The position numbers were made by a program, and so were the translations under genes. A model generated the notes under the pieces. The model worked only from the letters and a program-made list of their open reading frames with translations, was not told where the DNA came from and searched no databases. Below are positions 1 to 12,082 of a stretch of 64,000 bases of DNA, piece by piece. The DNA is from Vitrella brassicaformis CCMP3155 (taxonomy: Eukaryota; Protista; Chromerida): the NCBI GenBank assembly GCA_001179505.1, contig CDMY01000286.1, positions 70,346-134,345 on the forward strand, given 5' to 3'. The number at the start of each line of letters is the position of its first letter. The first letter of the stretch is position 1.

Positions 1-676
1 CATTGGCATAGTCGCTATAGCGTCTCCATTCCTCGCCGGGCAGGTCCTCATATGTAACGGTCTCAAATCGAAAGCGCTTGAAGAGGGACCCTTGCTGGCG
101 CACCAAGTATCCTGCCCACCATCGAGTCACTCCAAGAATGTGACCCAGTCGCGTGACAGAAGGAACAGTGATGCAGCGACGACGGCCTTCGTATTCCCTC
201 GGCTCCTCAGATGTTTGGGGGGGGGAGCCTCAGGGCTGAGGTGCTTTGAGGGGGAAGCAAAGAGCTCATGAATCCGCTCAATGAGTTGCTCCTCCCGTTG
301 TTGTCTTGTCAGCCCCGGCGGCAGCGCAGACGGGGAGAAGAGACGATGTGCCGACCAATTGCCAATGGGGGAAGGCTGGAATCGCAATTTAGGGCACTGG
401 AATCGAGGACGCCGACAGTACCGGTCGAATAGGCCCGCCCCAAGGCAGATCTCAACCTGAGCATTGCGAAAAACAGATGGAAAACGTCTGAGACGCCCCC
501 TGGGACGCCCTAGGACGCCCCCAATGGGGGTCGTGGTGCTGAAGCGCAAAGAACTCGCCGCGTGCCTTTGAATTGGTTTTCTGTCCATGAGTCTCAATTG
601 ATGAGGCTGAGCTCTCTTCAGCCAAGCTCTCGGGCTTTCTTTGAAGGTGAGAAATCAGCCTGCACCCAAGGGCACG

Positions 677-3600
677 ATGCCATCTCGCGATGCCATTGCG
701 TCATCAGGCAATGCGCATGCTCGCGGGTATGAGTGTGTGAGCGGAGGGAGGTTCCTGACATCGCACCGAGAGCAGCCGAACGTAAGCTACACTGTGATAA
801 AGCCTCATGTCTTGTTGTTATTGTTGTTGTTGCAGGTTGACCTTGATCCCCCGGTGATGATCCTGGACCAGATATCTGCGGACTCTGTGCGGCTCACGCG
901 GGCCGTCAGAGATGGAACAGTGGGAGAGATAAGAAACTACGTCAGTGCGCGCACAGAGAGGCAGCCGGCGTCTCCACTTGCACGAGTCTTGTTTCCTGTG
1001 TGATGGATGCAGGCAAAGGGAGGCAGCAGCAAATCAGAAGAAGAGACTGAGGAGGACGAGCACGACAAACGACGAGTGTGTGAGCTCCTGCAGCCACAGG
1101 GCATCGACTATGCCTTTGGGGAGCCGGCCAGTCCCGCCACCAAGAGGCTTTTCCGGAAGGTCATCCTGCGGAGCCTGACTGCGGCAGAGGATGTGGCGAA
1201 ACTGCTGGCGGAGGGCGCTACTGCATGGAATTCATACATTTATTTCATATATCCGGGCCCTGTGAGGGTGTCAGTCCTTCAACTGGTCATCGTACAGGTA
1301 CAGAAGAAACACCACAGGCTGCCTTCATGCCATTGCAAGCGGCGTTCTTCCTCCCTTTTTTGTCTTGCTCAGCTCGCCATTGATGATCCAACCGATTGCC
1401 GGTAAAGGAGCGTACACACCTGCTTACTCCCAGCCCCGGTCGTACCTTTTCTCTTTTCTGCAGAGACGACCCAAGGCAGTTTCCCCTGGAAGAAGCCAAG
1501 TGTCTGCAGCTCCCCAACTGGCCGTCCCCACAGGTGCAGACAGCCGTCCTCGACGGCATGCTCACCTCAGAGAAGCACCTCATCCATCGTGGGGCCCTCA
1601 CGAGGCTGCTGCGCTTCCCCGTCGACCTGGCCAACCCCGCCGCTATGAGGTGTCTGCTCAAGCACTACGATGGCACGCTGACGGGGCAGCAGCTGGTGTA
1701 TCTGCCGCGCAATCCCCTCCCCTTGCGCATGACTGATGACTACGGCAGGGCGCTGCTGGACGTGTATCGCTGTCTGCTCGATCGGGAGCCATCGCTGGCG
1801 TGCGAGGAGACAGGGACGCGGTGCAACGCCTTCCACATGGCGGCAGTGAGAGGCGATATCGTGTCCAAGGACTTCCTGCACACATACTTGGACATGCTTA
1901 AGGACCACGGCGGCAACATCAGGGGTTTGGACCTCGACCAGGCGACCCCGGTCCACGCGGCTGCGGCGTATCAGAACTCGCCCTGAGTGCTGGAATGGCT
2001 GTGCAAGCACCTGAGCAAAGACGACATCAACAGGGTGTACGGCCCGAGCCAGAGGACGCCTCTGGCGGCGTGTATGGAGGCCATGATGGACGCCTTCACC
2101 ACGGGCGTCCCACCCAGCACCCTGGCATGCTTCTGGATCTTGCTGCACCACGACCGCGATGGCGCCGACATTGTGGCTGCCCAGAAATGGGTCGCTCAGA
2201 GTGGGAGACCCACACCTCACAAAAAATACAAGAGATACGTAGATCGATTGCCGAGACGGCTCACCCACCATCCCTGTCACTCTCGTTGTGATGTCTCTGC
2301 TTGTAGAGTTTGGTCTGGATGAGAGGCAGCTGGAGCTGCTGCAGCACGGCACCACCACCGCCAAGAGGACATCCAGGCCGCCGAAGCCCCCTGTCCCATC
2401 CAACGAGCCCCCTGAGAGCCTGCAGGCGGCTGAGGAGAAGGCCCTGCAGGCGGTCGAGGCGCTGCTGAGAGAGGAGGAGCAGGAGAAGGTGATGCAGCGG
2501 GACAAGGCGGCTGGTGGGGGGAAGGGCGGCAAGAACGGGCGGAAGAAGGGCAAGGGACGGGCAACGGCGAGTGCGTCATCCTCAACGAAAGATACGCCCA
2601 TGGCCTCAGACGTGTAGGGAGATGAGATGACAGGGCACGTGAGACATGGCTGTGTTCCTATGCGAATGTGTTGCACTCTCACAGGGCTGTTAAAGACTCA
2701 GAAGATAACGGCGATGTCATGGTGCCGCCCGACGACCGCCCTTCCAGCTCTACGTGAGATCCGCGACACCCGCCGACTGGCATGGCACGATCGTCATTCA
2801 CACCTCATGTCTTTCTGCAGCGGTTTGGTCGTTGAAGAGGCCTCCGCTGCTGCTGATGATGGTGCCCCGGCGGCTTTGGAAGGCCTTGTTCGCGTCGTCA
2901 ATCGCAGGAGGAAGAAGAAGGGCAAGGGCAAGGCGGCGGGGCTGGACACAGGCCCCTTGCCCCCGATGCCTGCTGACAGCTATCATGTCTCTAGGTAGGC
3001 TAACCCATGCAATGCGATGGATCGATCACCTGAGCCGATTTGCTCGTCATGGGTGTCACTCTCTGTGTGTCCTTTGCTTGCAGCACTGCGTCTGGCCCGT
3101 TTCAGGAAGGAGGTCTGTCGCGTGACGATAGCAGCGACAGCCTGGGCGCCACAGCGGACGGGTGAGACGACGTCACTTCACACTGCCGCCGTTTCTGAAC
3201 TTCAAGCTGCGTATGTGTATGTGTGCAGCGGTGGATCTGCCGGTGAGGGTAGGGATGCGTTGGTGTCGAAGCTCATACAGCAACTCGAAGAGGCACGGCA
3301 AAGGTCAGCAAAGGCGGAAAACCTGAACGGACATGATGATTGTCCAGTGACTCTTGTCTGTCTCTGTCTCCCTTCAGGCTTGCCGAGGCGAGTCTTCAGC
3401 GTGCCTCTTCGTCTTCCTCCTCTCTGCCCCCCGGACGGAAGGAGGACTGCAGCATCTGCTTCGGCGAGCACGGTCACGCGGCCATTATGTTCATCCCCTG
3501 TCGCCACCTGTGTCTCTGCAACCACTGCTACACATCACACAAGGCGCGACACGAGCAGCAGATGCAGACAGCCAAGGAGCAGCGCAGCAAGGGCATGGAC

Positions 3601-3711
3601 GTGCCCCTGCCTGAGTTCCGCTGTGCCTGCTGTGGTGAGAAAGCGGTGTTTGCCGGCACACGGGCCGAGGCGAATATGTGGATCAACCAGCCCTACACGT
3701 GGCAGCCGTAG
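677..3711 (+). CDS. Multi-exon ankyrin-repeat protein with C-terminal RING-HC (C3HC4) zinc finger; in-frame TGA at 1984-1986 (possible pseudogene or readthrough); start codon tentative
   Basis: Ankyrin-like segments NAFHMAAVRG and TPVHAAAAYQNSP*VLEWLCKHLSKDDIN. Last exon (about 3378-3711) has CSIC..CRHLCLCNHC..CACC. A Lys-rich linker lies between them, and GT-AG introns join the ORFs 641, 1007, 1396, 1987, 2288, 2627, 3017 and 3340. Confidence 0.75.
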
Positions 3712-4067
3712 ATAGAAAAGATGATAGAGATGGGATAAGTGGGTAGGGTGCATACACTCATGACAGAGCTGGCTGTGCATTCTGGGCTCGACACATGTGC
3801 TCCGTAGAGAGGGATGGGCAGCATGATGATAGGGGTGGGTCAGGTGCTGCCAGGGTGTTGTCAGAAAGAGATAGATTGGGAGTGGGTCACGCAGACGATG
3901 CTTTGATGCATCCATGTCATGGTGATGATGCAAACACACACGGCAAGAGATAGGGTGAACGCAGAAGCGATACAACAATCCGTCAACCTGTCTCTGTACA
4001 TTCATCGCACTTATCACGACGCAGGCGGCCACGCAGCCTCTACACACAGCCACCACCCGCCATCAAC

Positions 4068-6162
4068 CTACTCATGTTCCCTCGCTGCCTCCAATGCCTT
4101 CCATCGCTCATCCATCCTCTTCTGCGCAAACGCTGGCAAAGCTCCAGGCCTCTGCGACCTGACAAACGACCAGAGCAGGACCATTTACGTGTCACTTTGG
4201 GCGTGATGTGTTTGTCGACCTCACCGCAAATTTCCCTCTGTCTTCAGTTCGAGCAGCAGGTCCGCCACAGGCCCCCACTCCTCCCACACACCCGCTGCCT
4301 CACTTGCTGGTCTGTCGTGCATGTGGCAGAGGGCCGCCAGCAGGTGGTACAGGGCCACCGGCGAGAGCCGAGACAGATACTGCGTATTGGAAGTTACCCG
4401 CACACGGATGCAGCGACTCAGTGCCTGAACGCGAGTGAATTGACACGAACAGATGGGGGGCATCTCTCTCCACGTGTCTGTGTCTGTGTCCGTGCTCACG
4501 CTGTCGAGCTGTCCGGCGGTGACGAATGCGTGGAGGATGATTGGCAGTGTCGATAGCTTGAGGCCATCCAGGCCACTCACGAGCGTACCAGAAAGCGCCG
4601 CAAACACCTCTCCATCAACCGGGCAGCGCGGGCTACTGCAACACAAAACACACCAAGAGAACAGACACAACGATTGTATGAGCAATATAGGCACACACGC
4701 TGCCCCCAGTTCTTCTCTCACTTGATGGTAGCGAGGCTCCGTGTGACCATGGCGACATGTCTGGCCTCCCACATGCCCCCTGACCGCCCCAGCCCGCCCT
4801 TGCGCACCAGCCCGCCCTTGCCCCTCATGCGACCCTGCCTGCCTAGCCGAATGCCCGACGTCAGCAGCGCCTTGAGGTTGCTGATCAGAGAGGGAGGAGG
4901 GACGAAGCCAGTGCGGGCGTGGCTCCACAAGACGACAGAGAGGCCGTGGGGGCGGAACTCATTCAGCCGCTGAGACGCTGACTTGGCCACAGACTGCATG
5001 AGTACGACACACCAGAGGGGCGCATCTGAATGTGCGTCCGTGTAGTGTATCCCTCCTCTTGTTCACGTACATGGAATAGGTTCCTGTCGATCTTCATCCT
5101 CGGCAGGATGCGGCTGTGTCGGGGCTGCTGGCTCATGAGGTGGATCTTGGTCAAGCACCACAAACACGTGGCCAACTCAACGGTCGGCAGCTGACTCACT
5201 TGACCCGTCAACACGCGACTGAGTCCCGAGACGAAAGCAGGGAGGATGGACCGGGGCGGCTGGTGGCTCGCCGCCTTCTCGCCGTTGCGTCGATTTGGGT
5301 GTGTCGGCCTTGAGAGAATGTCGCCATCCCAGATCTCGAAATCGATCTCCATCACCTCGCGGCGGAACGAGCTCTCGGGCGAGAAGTAGGCTGTATCGCT
5401 GCCTACACAGCAGGGGAACAGAGGTGAGAGACCAGTGGGCATTCCCGCCAGTGTGTGAATGCACTGACTTTCTTTTGTGCCGTCCTCCTCCATCTCGTCA
5501 TCTTCTGCAGCAGCGGCTGACTCGCTTGCCGCGCCGTCGCTGTGTTTCAGCGAGAGGTCCGCCAGCCTCCCCAGACACCACAGCATCTTGACGGCGTGCT
5601 TCGAATTGAAGTCGCCAAGGCGGTCGATCAGCACCTCCACCGACCGCTCCAAGTCATCCAAATCCCAGCCGCCCCTCTTATCTTGTTTCTGTGGAGCTCC
5701 GCCCGCCTTGGCCGAAGCCCACACAAACGCCGTCAGCTCGTGAGTCGAGAAGGCTGCTATCTGCCGGTGCGCATGAGTCCATAAAAGAGAGAACAGGGCC
5801 GGATCTGTCAAGTCGCACCGCGCCATCAGCCAACCGAGCCGCATGACGTCCCTGGGAACCGGCAGCCAGTCATGACTGTTGTCTTGTTGATGGAGGTAAG
5901 CCCCCAGCTGCGTCTTGATGCGCTCCTTCGTCACGCGGAAGCTGTCCCGTGCCCATGTGTTGCGGGCAAGGGAGAAGTCGGCCTTGTATGCCAGCTTGAA
6001 TAGAGCCTGGATCTCCTTCTGCAAGGCTGTTTCTGCGGCAGGAAAATCCGACGAACTCGCTTTGGCCTCGGCTTTCATCGATGAATCAACTGCAGGCACG
6101 ATTGATGAGTGGATCTGCAGATGAGCAGGAGCAGCACCAAGGCGCCGAGCGGACAGCCTCAT
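4068..6162 (-). CDS. Helical-repeat RNA-binding-like protein (OPR/HPR/FASTK-type), probably organelle-targeted, multi-exon
   Basis: Repeated motifs FSTHELTAFVWASAKAG, FNSKHAVKMLWCLGRLA, LPTVELATCLWCLTKIH, FRPHGLSVVLWSHARTG and LSPVALYHLLAALCHMH. The N-terminus MRLSARRLGAAPAH is Arg-rich. The last exon reads ...KRMDERWKALEAAREHE* with the stop at 4068-4070. Confidence 0.65.
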
Positions 6163-6458
6163 TTGCGGTTTGCTTTAACCTTCTGCGAGCTTAGACGCGC
6201 AGATCTTCCCCCTTTTTTCCTTCCCTCCTGGCGGTCTAAGCTGGGATCGTCGGGAGCCTTTCAATTGCATCATCTGCATTCGTTAATGCTGTGAGGCTCA
6301 GCGCATCAGACGTCAAGCAGAGAAGGACCGTCACGGTGGCTCACTCGCTCAGCCTGCCAGAACAAGTGAGTAAGCAAGCGAAAAAAGCAATGCATTCATC
6401 CGATCTGCGTAGCCGTGTATGTGATTGCGTCGCTGCGCGTGTTTTGTCTCCTCAGTTG

Positions 6459-6895
6459 ATGGAGGCTGACGGAGCGATGTCTGGCGGCCAGGGAGGGCTG
6501 CAGGAGCTCGTCACCGAAGGCGGCCAAGACCTCTCTGCCACTGCGGCCCGATGGACGAATGAGCTGGCCCAGAAGGGAGACGAAATCATGTGGGCGCTGA
6601 GAGAAGGCGTGGAGCGCGTCAGCCATGGGAGAGCCTGCTGTTTGCCTCTCACTCGCGCGAGCGCGCGGCGTATGAGCATGTGAAGTTGCTGCAGGGGCAA
6701 GTGGAGGAGATGCAGCAGCTGATTTGTTCCTTGGAGGCCCAGCTACAGGACATGACAGCGAACTGTGACCAGCTGAAGAAGGAGCTTGAGAGCTCGGGGT
6801 GTTGTCGAGCTATTCGGGATCTGACGGAGGGGCTTTTGGCTGTTCTCTTATTTCCCGTCCTGATAGTCCTGATTTTGCCTCTTGTGTTGTCTTAG
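6459..6895 (+). CDS. Small coiled-coil protein with C-terminal hydrophobic anchor (tail-anchored candidate)
   Basis: MEADGAMSG... joins via a probable short phase-0 intron (donor 6609 or 6618, acceptor 6661) to RAAYEHVKLLQGQVEEMQQLICSLEAQLQDM...GLLAVLLFPVLIVLILPLVLS*. Confidence 0.5.
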
Positions 6896-7080
6896 TGCGG
6901 CTGGTGGCGGAACGGCTTGACGCACTTGCCGGCGTCGGCGTGATAGACGAAGCCGTGTGGGCACTCGGGGAGGGGGTCCTCTCGGACGGGACAGACGCCA
7001 TGATTCTTGGCCGCTGCCATGGGCACATAACAGGCCGCCAGGAGAGCCAGCACACACGCCGCGACACCGCACTTCATCAT
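6892..7080 (-). CDS. 62-aa secreted peptide with a single CPxGF..C (oocyst-wall-type) Cys motif
   Basis: Signal peptide MMKCGVAACVLALLAACYVPMAAA, then mature KNHGVCPVREDPLPECPHGFVYHADAGKCVKPFRHQPH*. Confidence 0.6.
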   Translation of the reverse strand: MMKCGVAACVLALLAACYVPMAAAKNHGVCPVREDPLPECPHGFVYHADAGKCVKPFRHQPH

Positions 7081-7511
7081 CTTGTTCTTGTGGTTGCAGA
7101 TCAAGAGGATGGAGGGAGACGGATCCGAGATGAGCTGGCAGGGATAAGAGAAGCTGGCACGAAGGGAAAGGCAGGGACACACAAAGAGAGATCTGGTTCG
7201 GATGAACTTGAGGATGGATGGATGGATGGATGGAAGGATAGATAGATGAGAGGGGAGAGAGGGAGAGGGAGAGGGAGAAAAATGAGCTCCCTCTGCGTCC
7301 TCCCCATGCCCTAACTGTTCCCGTGGAACGGATGAATAGGGAAACCCTAGTTATCTCCCCCTCTCCCTCTCTCCCTCCCCCCTCTCCCCATCTCACCCCT
7401 CCCGGCGACCTCAGATCTGCAGATCCTGCTGCCCACATCCATCCCTGAGTTGAGCTTTTCGTTTGTCCGTTACCTTCACATCAGTTGGTCTCCTCTTCTC
7501 TCGTCGTGACG

Positions 7512-8217
7512 ATGAAGCTGCTTCTGTGCCTCGTTGGCGCCCTCCTGCTGGCCGGTGCCGTGTGCGCTGATCCCTTCCCCACTGCCGCCGCGACCGCCGT
7601 GGATGCATCAGCTGATGCCGGCATCGCCCCTCCGGTATGCCTCAGAATGTCCTCCACTTGTCACCATGCGCCTATCTGTCTTGTTTGCCTCTGATGCGTG
7701 AGTGCAGATGCCGACCAGGTTCCTGGCAAGCCGCGAGGCTACACCTCTCGATGACGATGACGAGGGCAAGGAGCTGACGGAGCTCCCTCTTCACGCTGAG
7801 GTGATCACAGTGACACACGCCAACACCCACACACGTGTCTGCAGTCCACACAGAGCAGCATGAGCGGGCGCTTTTTTTGTCTCTGTGGGTGTGCAGGTTG
7901 ATGGCGAGGATGAAGAAAGGCGACGCCTGGGCCTGGGCGTCCCCGTTCAGAGGCACGTCCGTACAGAACACTTCGAGCACAGGGGTGTGAATAACTGCCA
8001 TCGTACCAGGTGGCTGCTTGACCAGGCAAAGGCGAGGGGCCGTGCGATTGCAAGGCAATGGTCAAGCAGCTGTCGTGCCTGCGTGTGGCGACTCACCAGG
8101 GTAGGTCTTGCTGGACCCGTTCACAAGCAGTTCGGCACGAAGCCCTGGCCATCCAATGCACGATGGTGCAAGCTAACGGGCAACGTTAAGATGTACTTTG
8201 CCAAGTACCACATCTGA
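7512..8217 (+). CDS. Secreted protein of unknown function with acidic pro-region and RRL motif (3' end uncertain)
   Basis: Exons 7512-7634 (MKLLLCLVGALLLAGAVCADP...), 7708-7800 (MPTRFLASREATPLDDDDEGKE...) and 7897 onward (VDGEDEERRRLG...) are joined by phase-0 GT-AG introns that keep frame. Confidence 0.55.
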
Positions 8218-8492
8218 TTGGCTTCCAAAACGACGCGCGAAGCGGTGGCTGTCCGTTCACCGCATGGTTTCTGTTTATGTCTATTTTATGTGGGTCATGC
8301 TCCCTGCCTGCCTGTCTGCCGTGTCGCGCCTCGTGTTGTGGCTGTCGGTGAATCGAGTATGACTCAGACGCTCGTGCACCGTCCCCGTATCTGCTCTGCT
8401 CTGATCTGACTGCATACCATCTGTGTCTTCGTGTTGGTGTATGTGACCGTGTGGTCTCCGTGTGACGACCGAGTGCAGTGCATGGCGGGGGG

Positions 8493-8791
8493 NNNNNNNN
8501 NNNNNNNNNNNNNNNNNNNNNNNNNNNNNNNNNNNNNNNNNNNNNNNNNNNNNNNNNNNNNNNNNNNNNNNNNNNNNNNNNNNNNNNNNNNNNNNNNNNN
8601 NNNNNNNNNNNNNNNNNNNNNNNNNNNNNNNNNNNNNNNNNNNNNNNNNNNNNNNNNNNNNNNNNNNNNNNNNNNNNNNNNNNNNNNNNNNNNNNNNNNN
8701 NNNNNNNNNNNNNNNNNNNNNNNNNNNNNNNNNNNNNNNNNNNNNNNNNNNNNNNNNNNNNNNNNNNNNNNNNNNNNNNNNNNNNNNNNNN
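8493..8791. other. Assembly gap (N run), flanked by poly-G
   Basis: Run of N. Confidence 0.99.
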
Positions 8792-9124
8792 NGGGGGGGG
8801 CGACGGTGCCCTGACATCTTGCTGTCACCTGTGCTGTCCGTCGTTGAGCCGTCTGTGTGCACCGAGCTCTGACGTGATTTGACCCGACCTGACCTAACTG
8901 CTCCATTGTCTGTGTTTATATTTTCTGGTCTGATCATTGTTTGATAGCAAGTGACTGCACTGAATGCTGATGTGTGTGTGTGTGTGTGCCCTCTGTACAT
9001 ATCCACTCCTTGCATGACCAGGGGTGGGTGGGTGGGATGGGACGGATGAGAGACACCATGTACGTACGTACGTACGTAGGACACCTGCGCATACATCAAT
9101 CAGACTTGCATCAAGTGAATGATA

Positions 9125-9551
9125 TTATTCAGTCAGTAAGGGCGAAATGTGCACAGCCAGGTGGCTCATGACAACAGCTGCATACAAATGACTCAGCCCA
9201 TGTCTCTCTCCCACTGATTCACGCAAGACTGAGCCGATGACAACGGAGGCATAATCGATCTCGACAGCTGCTGCCCCTCCAGCAAATGACACACCTCGCC
9301 CAGTCAGTCGTGGATGCACCCCCATCCTCTGACTGGTCTATTCGCCCGCTGACCGCCGCACCCAAGACGACATCGGCATGAGTGAACACCCCTCCAGCCC
9401 CTCCCCTCACCACACACACATTATGATGCCCATGTATGTGTGTGTGTGTGCGTATCAGCCCCCTCCCCGAGTGAGCTACCAGCGTCGGCAGATGGCCACC
9501 GGGAAGGTATATGTAGACACCCGTCAATATGACGTGGATGCAGGAGTGCAT
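9125..9551 (-). pseudogene. Possible degenerate TLDc-like remnant
   Basis: Fragments LPTLVAHSGRGL, VVLGAAVSG and SFAGGAAAVEIDYASVVIG lie in different frames and weakly echo the intact TLDc gene at 10912. The similarity is weak. Confidence 0.2.
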
Positions 9552-10609
9552 TTGACCGCTTCCACACCGAGTCAGCCGCAGTGGACACTAGGGGCGCCCA
9601 GGTGGGTGAGCGTGTGTGGATGTATTTGGGTGTGCGTATGGTGGGTGCAGGGAGTGTGTGGCCGGTGTGGTGTGTGACGTATCATGTGGTTTTCTTTTGA
9701 ACGTATCATATCATTCACTCGACGCCTGTCTGGTGTGGCAGGCAGATGTGTCTCGTCGGTCTCACCCCTGACCCTCATGGGACATACGTCCACACACACG
9801 GCACACACAGACACAGACACAGACACACGCATCAGCGGTGGTTCCCTTTTTGCGTGCCTTTCGTAATTGACGACCAACAGTGGAGAGGATTGTTCCGTTG
9901 TGAGTTAGTGAACAGGTGCTTCGTGACGTCTCACATGCATAAGCTGCCAGGCAATTAAAACGAAGCCAACTGAACGACCATGCAAGGAAGAAGATGCGAC
10001 AGGCAAGTGACAGGCACTAGGGGACAGCAATTCTCACGGGTACGGTAGGCACTGCATCTTGCTTTACGTGCGCATTGTGCAGCAGCCTTTATTATGTGAC
10101 ACACCAGGGATTAGAATGGATTCATCATGCCTGCCTTCGTGTGTGTGAAATGAGTGGATGACAGCGTTTACATACATATGTGGCTCCATAAACAGACATA
10201 CACCGGCTGCATGTCCTGATCAATGGCTTGCACCAGCTGCAATGCACAAACCAAACGCCTTCTAACCGACGGCTGGTCGATGGATCGTGTGTTGGCATTT
10301 GCATGTCACTTAGCTTTCTTCGTCCTATCTTTCGCACCCCAGACCACCACACACAGCCATGTATTGCAGCGCGCTATTGCAACCACCCGCCCAGAGTTCC
10401 CCTTCCCCCGGTGCACACGGACATTCCCTCATGTCTGTCTGTCTGTCTGTCAGTCAGCTTAGATGCATTGTCATGCACTCCACAGGCGTAGACACATACA
10501 GTCACAGGCGGAGGTAGGCAGGCAGGCAGGCAGGCCAGAAGAAAATCACAGATAGGTATCGGGCAGACCCGGCGGCTGTTCAAGACGGACACACATTCGC
10601 ACACTTACT

Positions 10610-10810
10610 CACACAAACACATCAGGGCAGCATGACGATAAACACACACACAGGCAGAGAGCCACAGCCACTTAGTCATTACAGTCAGTCCAGCCACCGC
10701 ACACACACTCACTTCAACAGACACACAGACACATACAGACACACACACACACAGGGGCACCAGCAGTGTGCTGACAGATCAGCTACACTGAGATGACAGG
10801 CAGACAGACA
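10610..10810. repeat. Dispersed ~200-bp trailer repeat, also at about 14750-14940 and 16115-16305
   Basis: Shared blocks 'ttacagtcagtcca', 'caggggcaccagcagtgtgc' and 'cagatcagctacact'. Confidence 0.75.
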
Positions 10811-10911
10811 GCGGCGCACAGAGGTCGGCACAAATTAATGGAAGGCACCCATTTATGTCAGTGCAGCACGATAGAGGGCAAGGCACATCTCCGTCTCTCC
10901 CTCCCCCCTGA

Positions 10912-11772
10912 CTACTGCACCACACGCAGCACCTCTATCTCGTCAGCAATGAAGTCAAGCGACCCGCCCAACAGAGCATCCTTCTCGTCATCCCTCACTC
11001 CCGTGTAGCCCTCAGGCACATAGCCGCTGAAGGTGTACTGAAAGCAGCTGCGGATGTCGGCAGCAGGCTGGTCACTGGGGTAGCCATCACCGAAAATGAT
11101 AAATCCACCGATCACCATATTCGCACCCTCCGCATTCCTTTCCCTCCCCGCCACCCACACAGACTGCTCCCATTCGTCGATCTCGATCTTGGTCGGCTGA
11201 GGGAAGTGGCCGGCCAGTGAGAAATACCATACATCACACCCGGGCAGTTCGCATTCCTCGTAGCTTTCGCCAGTCGGGTCGTCGGGCAGCTGGATGCCGT
11301 CACTGACGTAGGCGCCGAAGACATACTTGTCCTTCTTGACCACAAACACGAGAGGCTTCGCGCCGCCCACATTGTCCAGCAGATCGCCATAGGTGGTGCC
11401 GTGCACAGACGTCCTTCAACACACACACACGGAATCTGCCCATTAGCTGTCACACGGCCCCAGCTGAAGTGTGTGTGTACCGGTAGAGTGAGGTGAGTGG
11501 TGTGGTGTCATTGCCCCCCAACAGCCCGACCAGCGCCTCATACTCTGACGCAGACAGCGACGTGTTGCCAGGAGGGGACACCTGCAGGCCGCGCAAACGG
11601 ACCTGAACACACGAGTCAGCCATGGACACCAAAGCATCAGATGAGTGGGTGAATAGGTCACGGTGTGTGTGTGTGTGTCACGTACCTCCTGTGCGGGTCT
11701 TGCCTCTGTGCCAACACAGGTCCCCACCGCACACAGAATCATCATGATAACAGCACTCCGCCAAGCAGCCAT
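10912..11772 (-). CDS. Secreted TLDc-domain protein (3 exons)
   Basis: Signal peptide MAAWRSAVIMMILCAVGTCVGTEA. TLDc-like segments PLTSLYR/TSVHG..LVFVVKKDKYVFGAY and terminal FIADEIEVLRV*. Confidence 0.8.
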
Positions 11773-12082
11773 CACGTGAATGGGAGCAGAGAGAGAAGGG
11801 GACAGAGAGCCTTGTTGGTCAGAGGGAGGACGAGGCAGACAGACGCGAGATGAGGTGAGAGGGACGAGGAAGCTGACAGATTGCCTCTCGTCGGCTGATA
11901 GATCTCACCGGGTGCTACAATGACAATACTGAATCCCGATTGGAGAAGCCGCAAGCGTGGCACAGGAACAAAAGGAAACCCTCCTTCCTGCGTCTGAGCT
12001 CGCAAAGTGAACGGTTTTTAGGAAAAGGTGCCCTAAACCGTTTGCTAGAAAACCCGCCAGTGCACGTTTTCTCTTCCTTTCG

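Noticed and set aside
127-597. 156-aa minus-strand ORF at the window start
   Set aside because: No motif; it lies in the upstream region of the ANK-RING gene and cannot be supported without more context.
1984-1986. Selenocysteine codon
   Set aside because: The aligned position is not a catalytic Cys and I cannot see a SECIS, so it is kept only as an unexplained stop.
8281-9099. Long ORFs spanning N runs (also at 15.3-16.1, 21.6-22.4 and 39.0-39.9 kb)
   Set aside because: They are artefacts of translating through assembly gaps.
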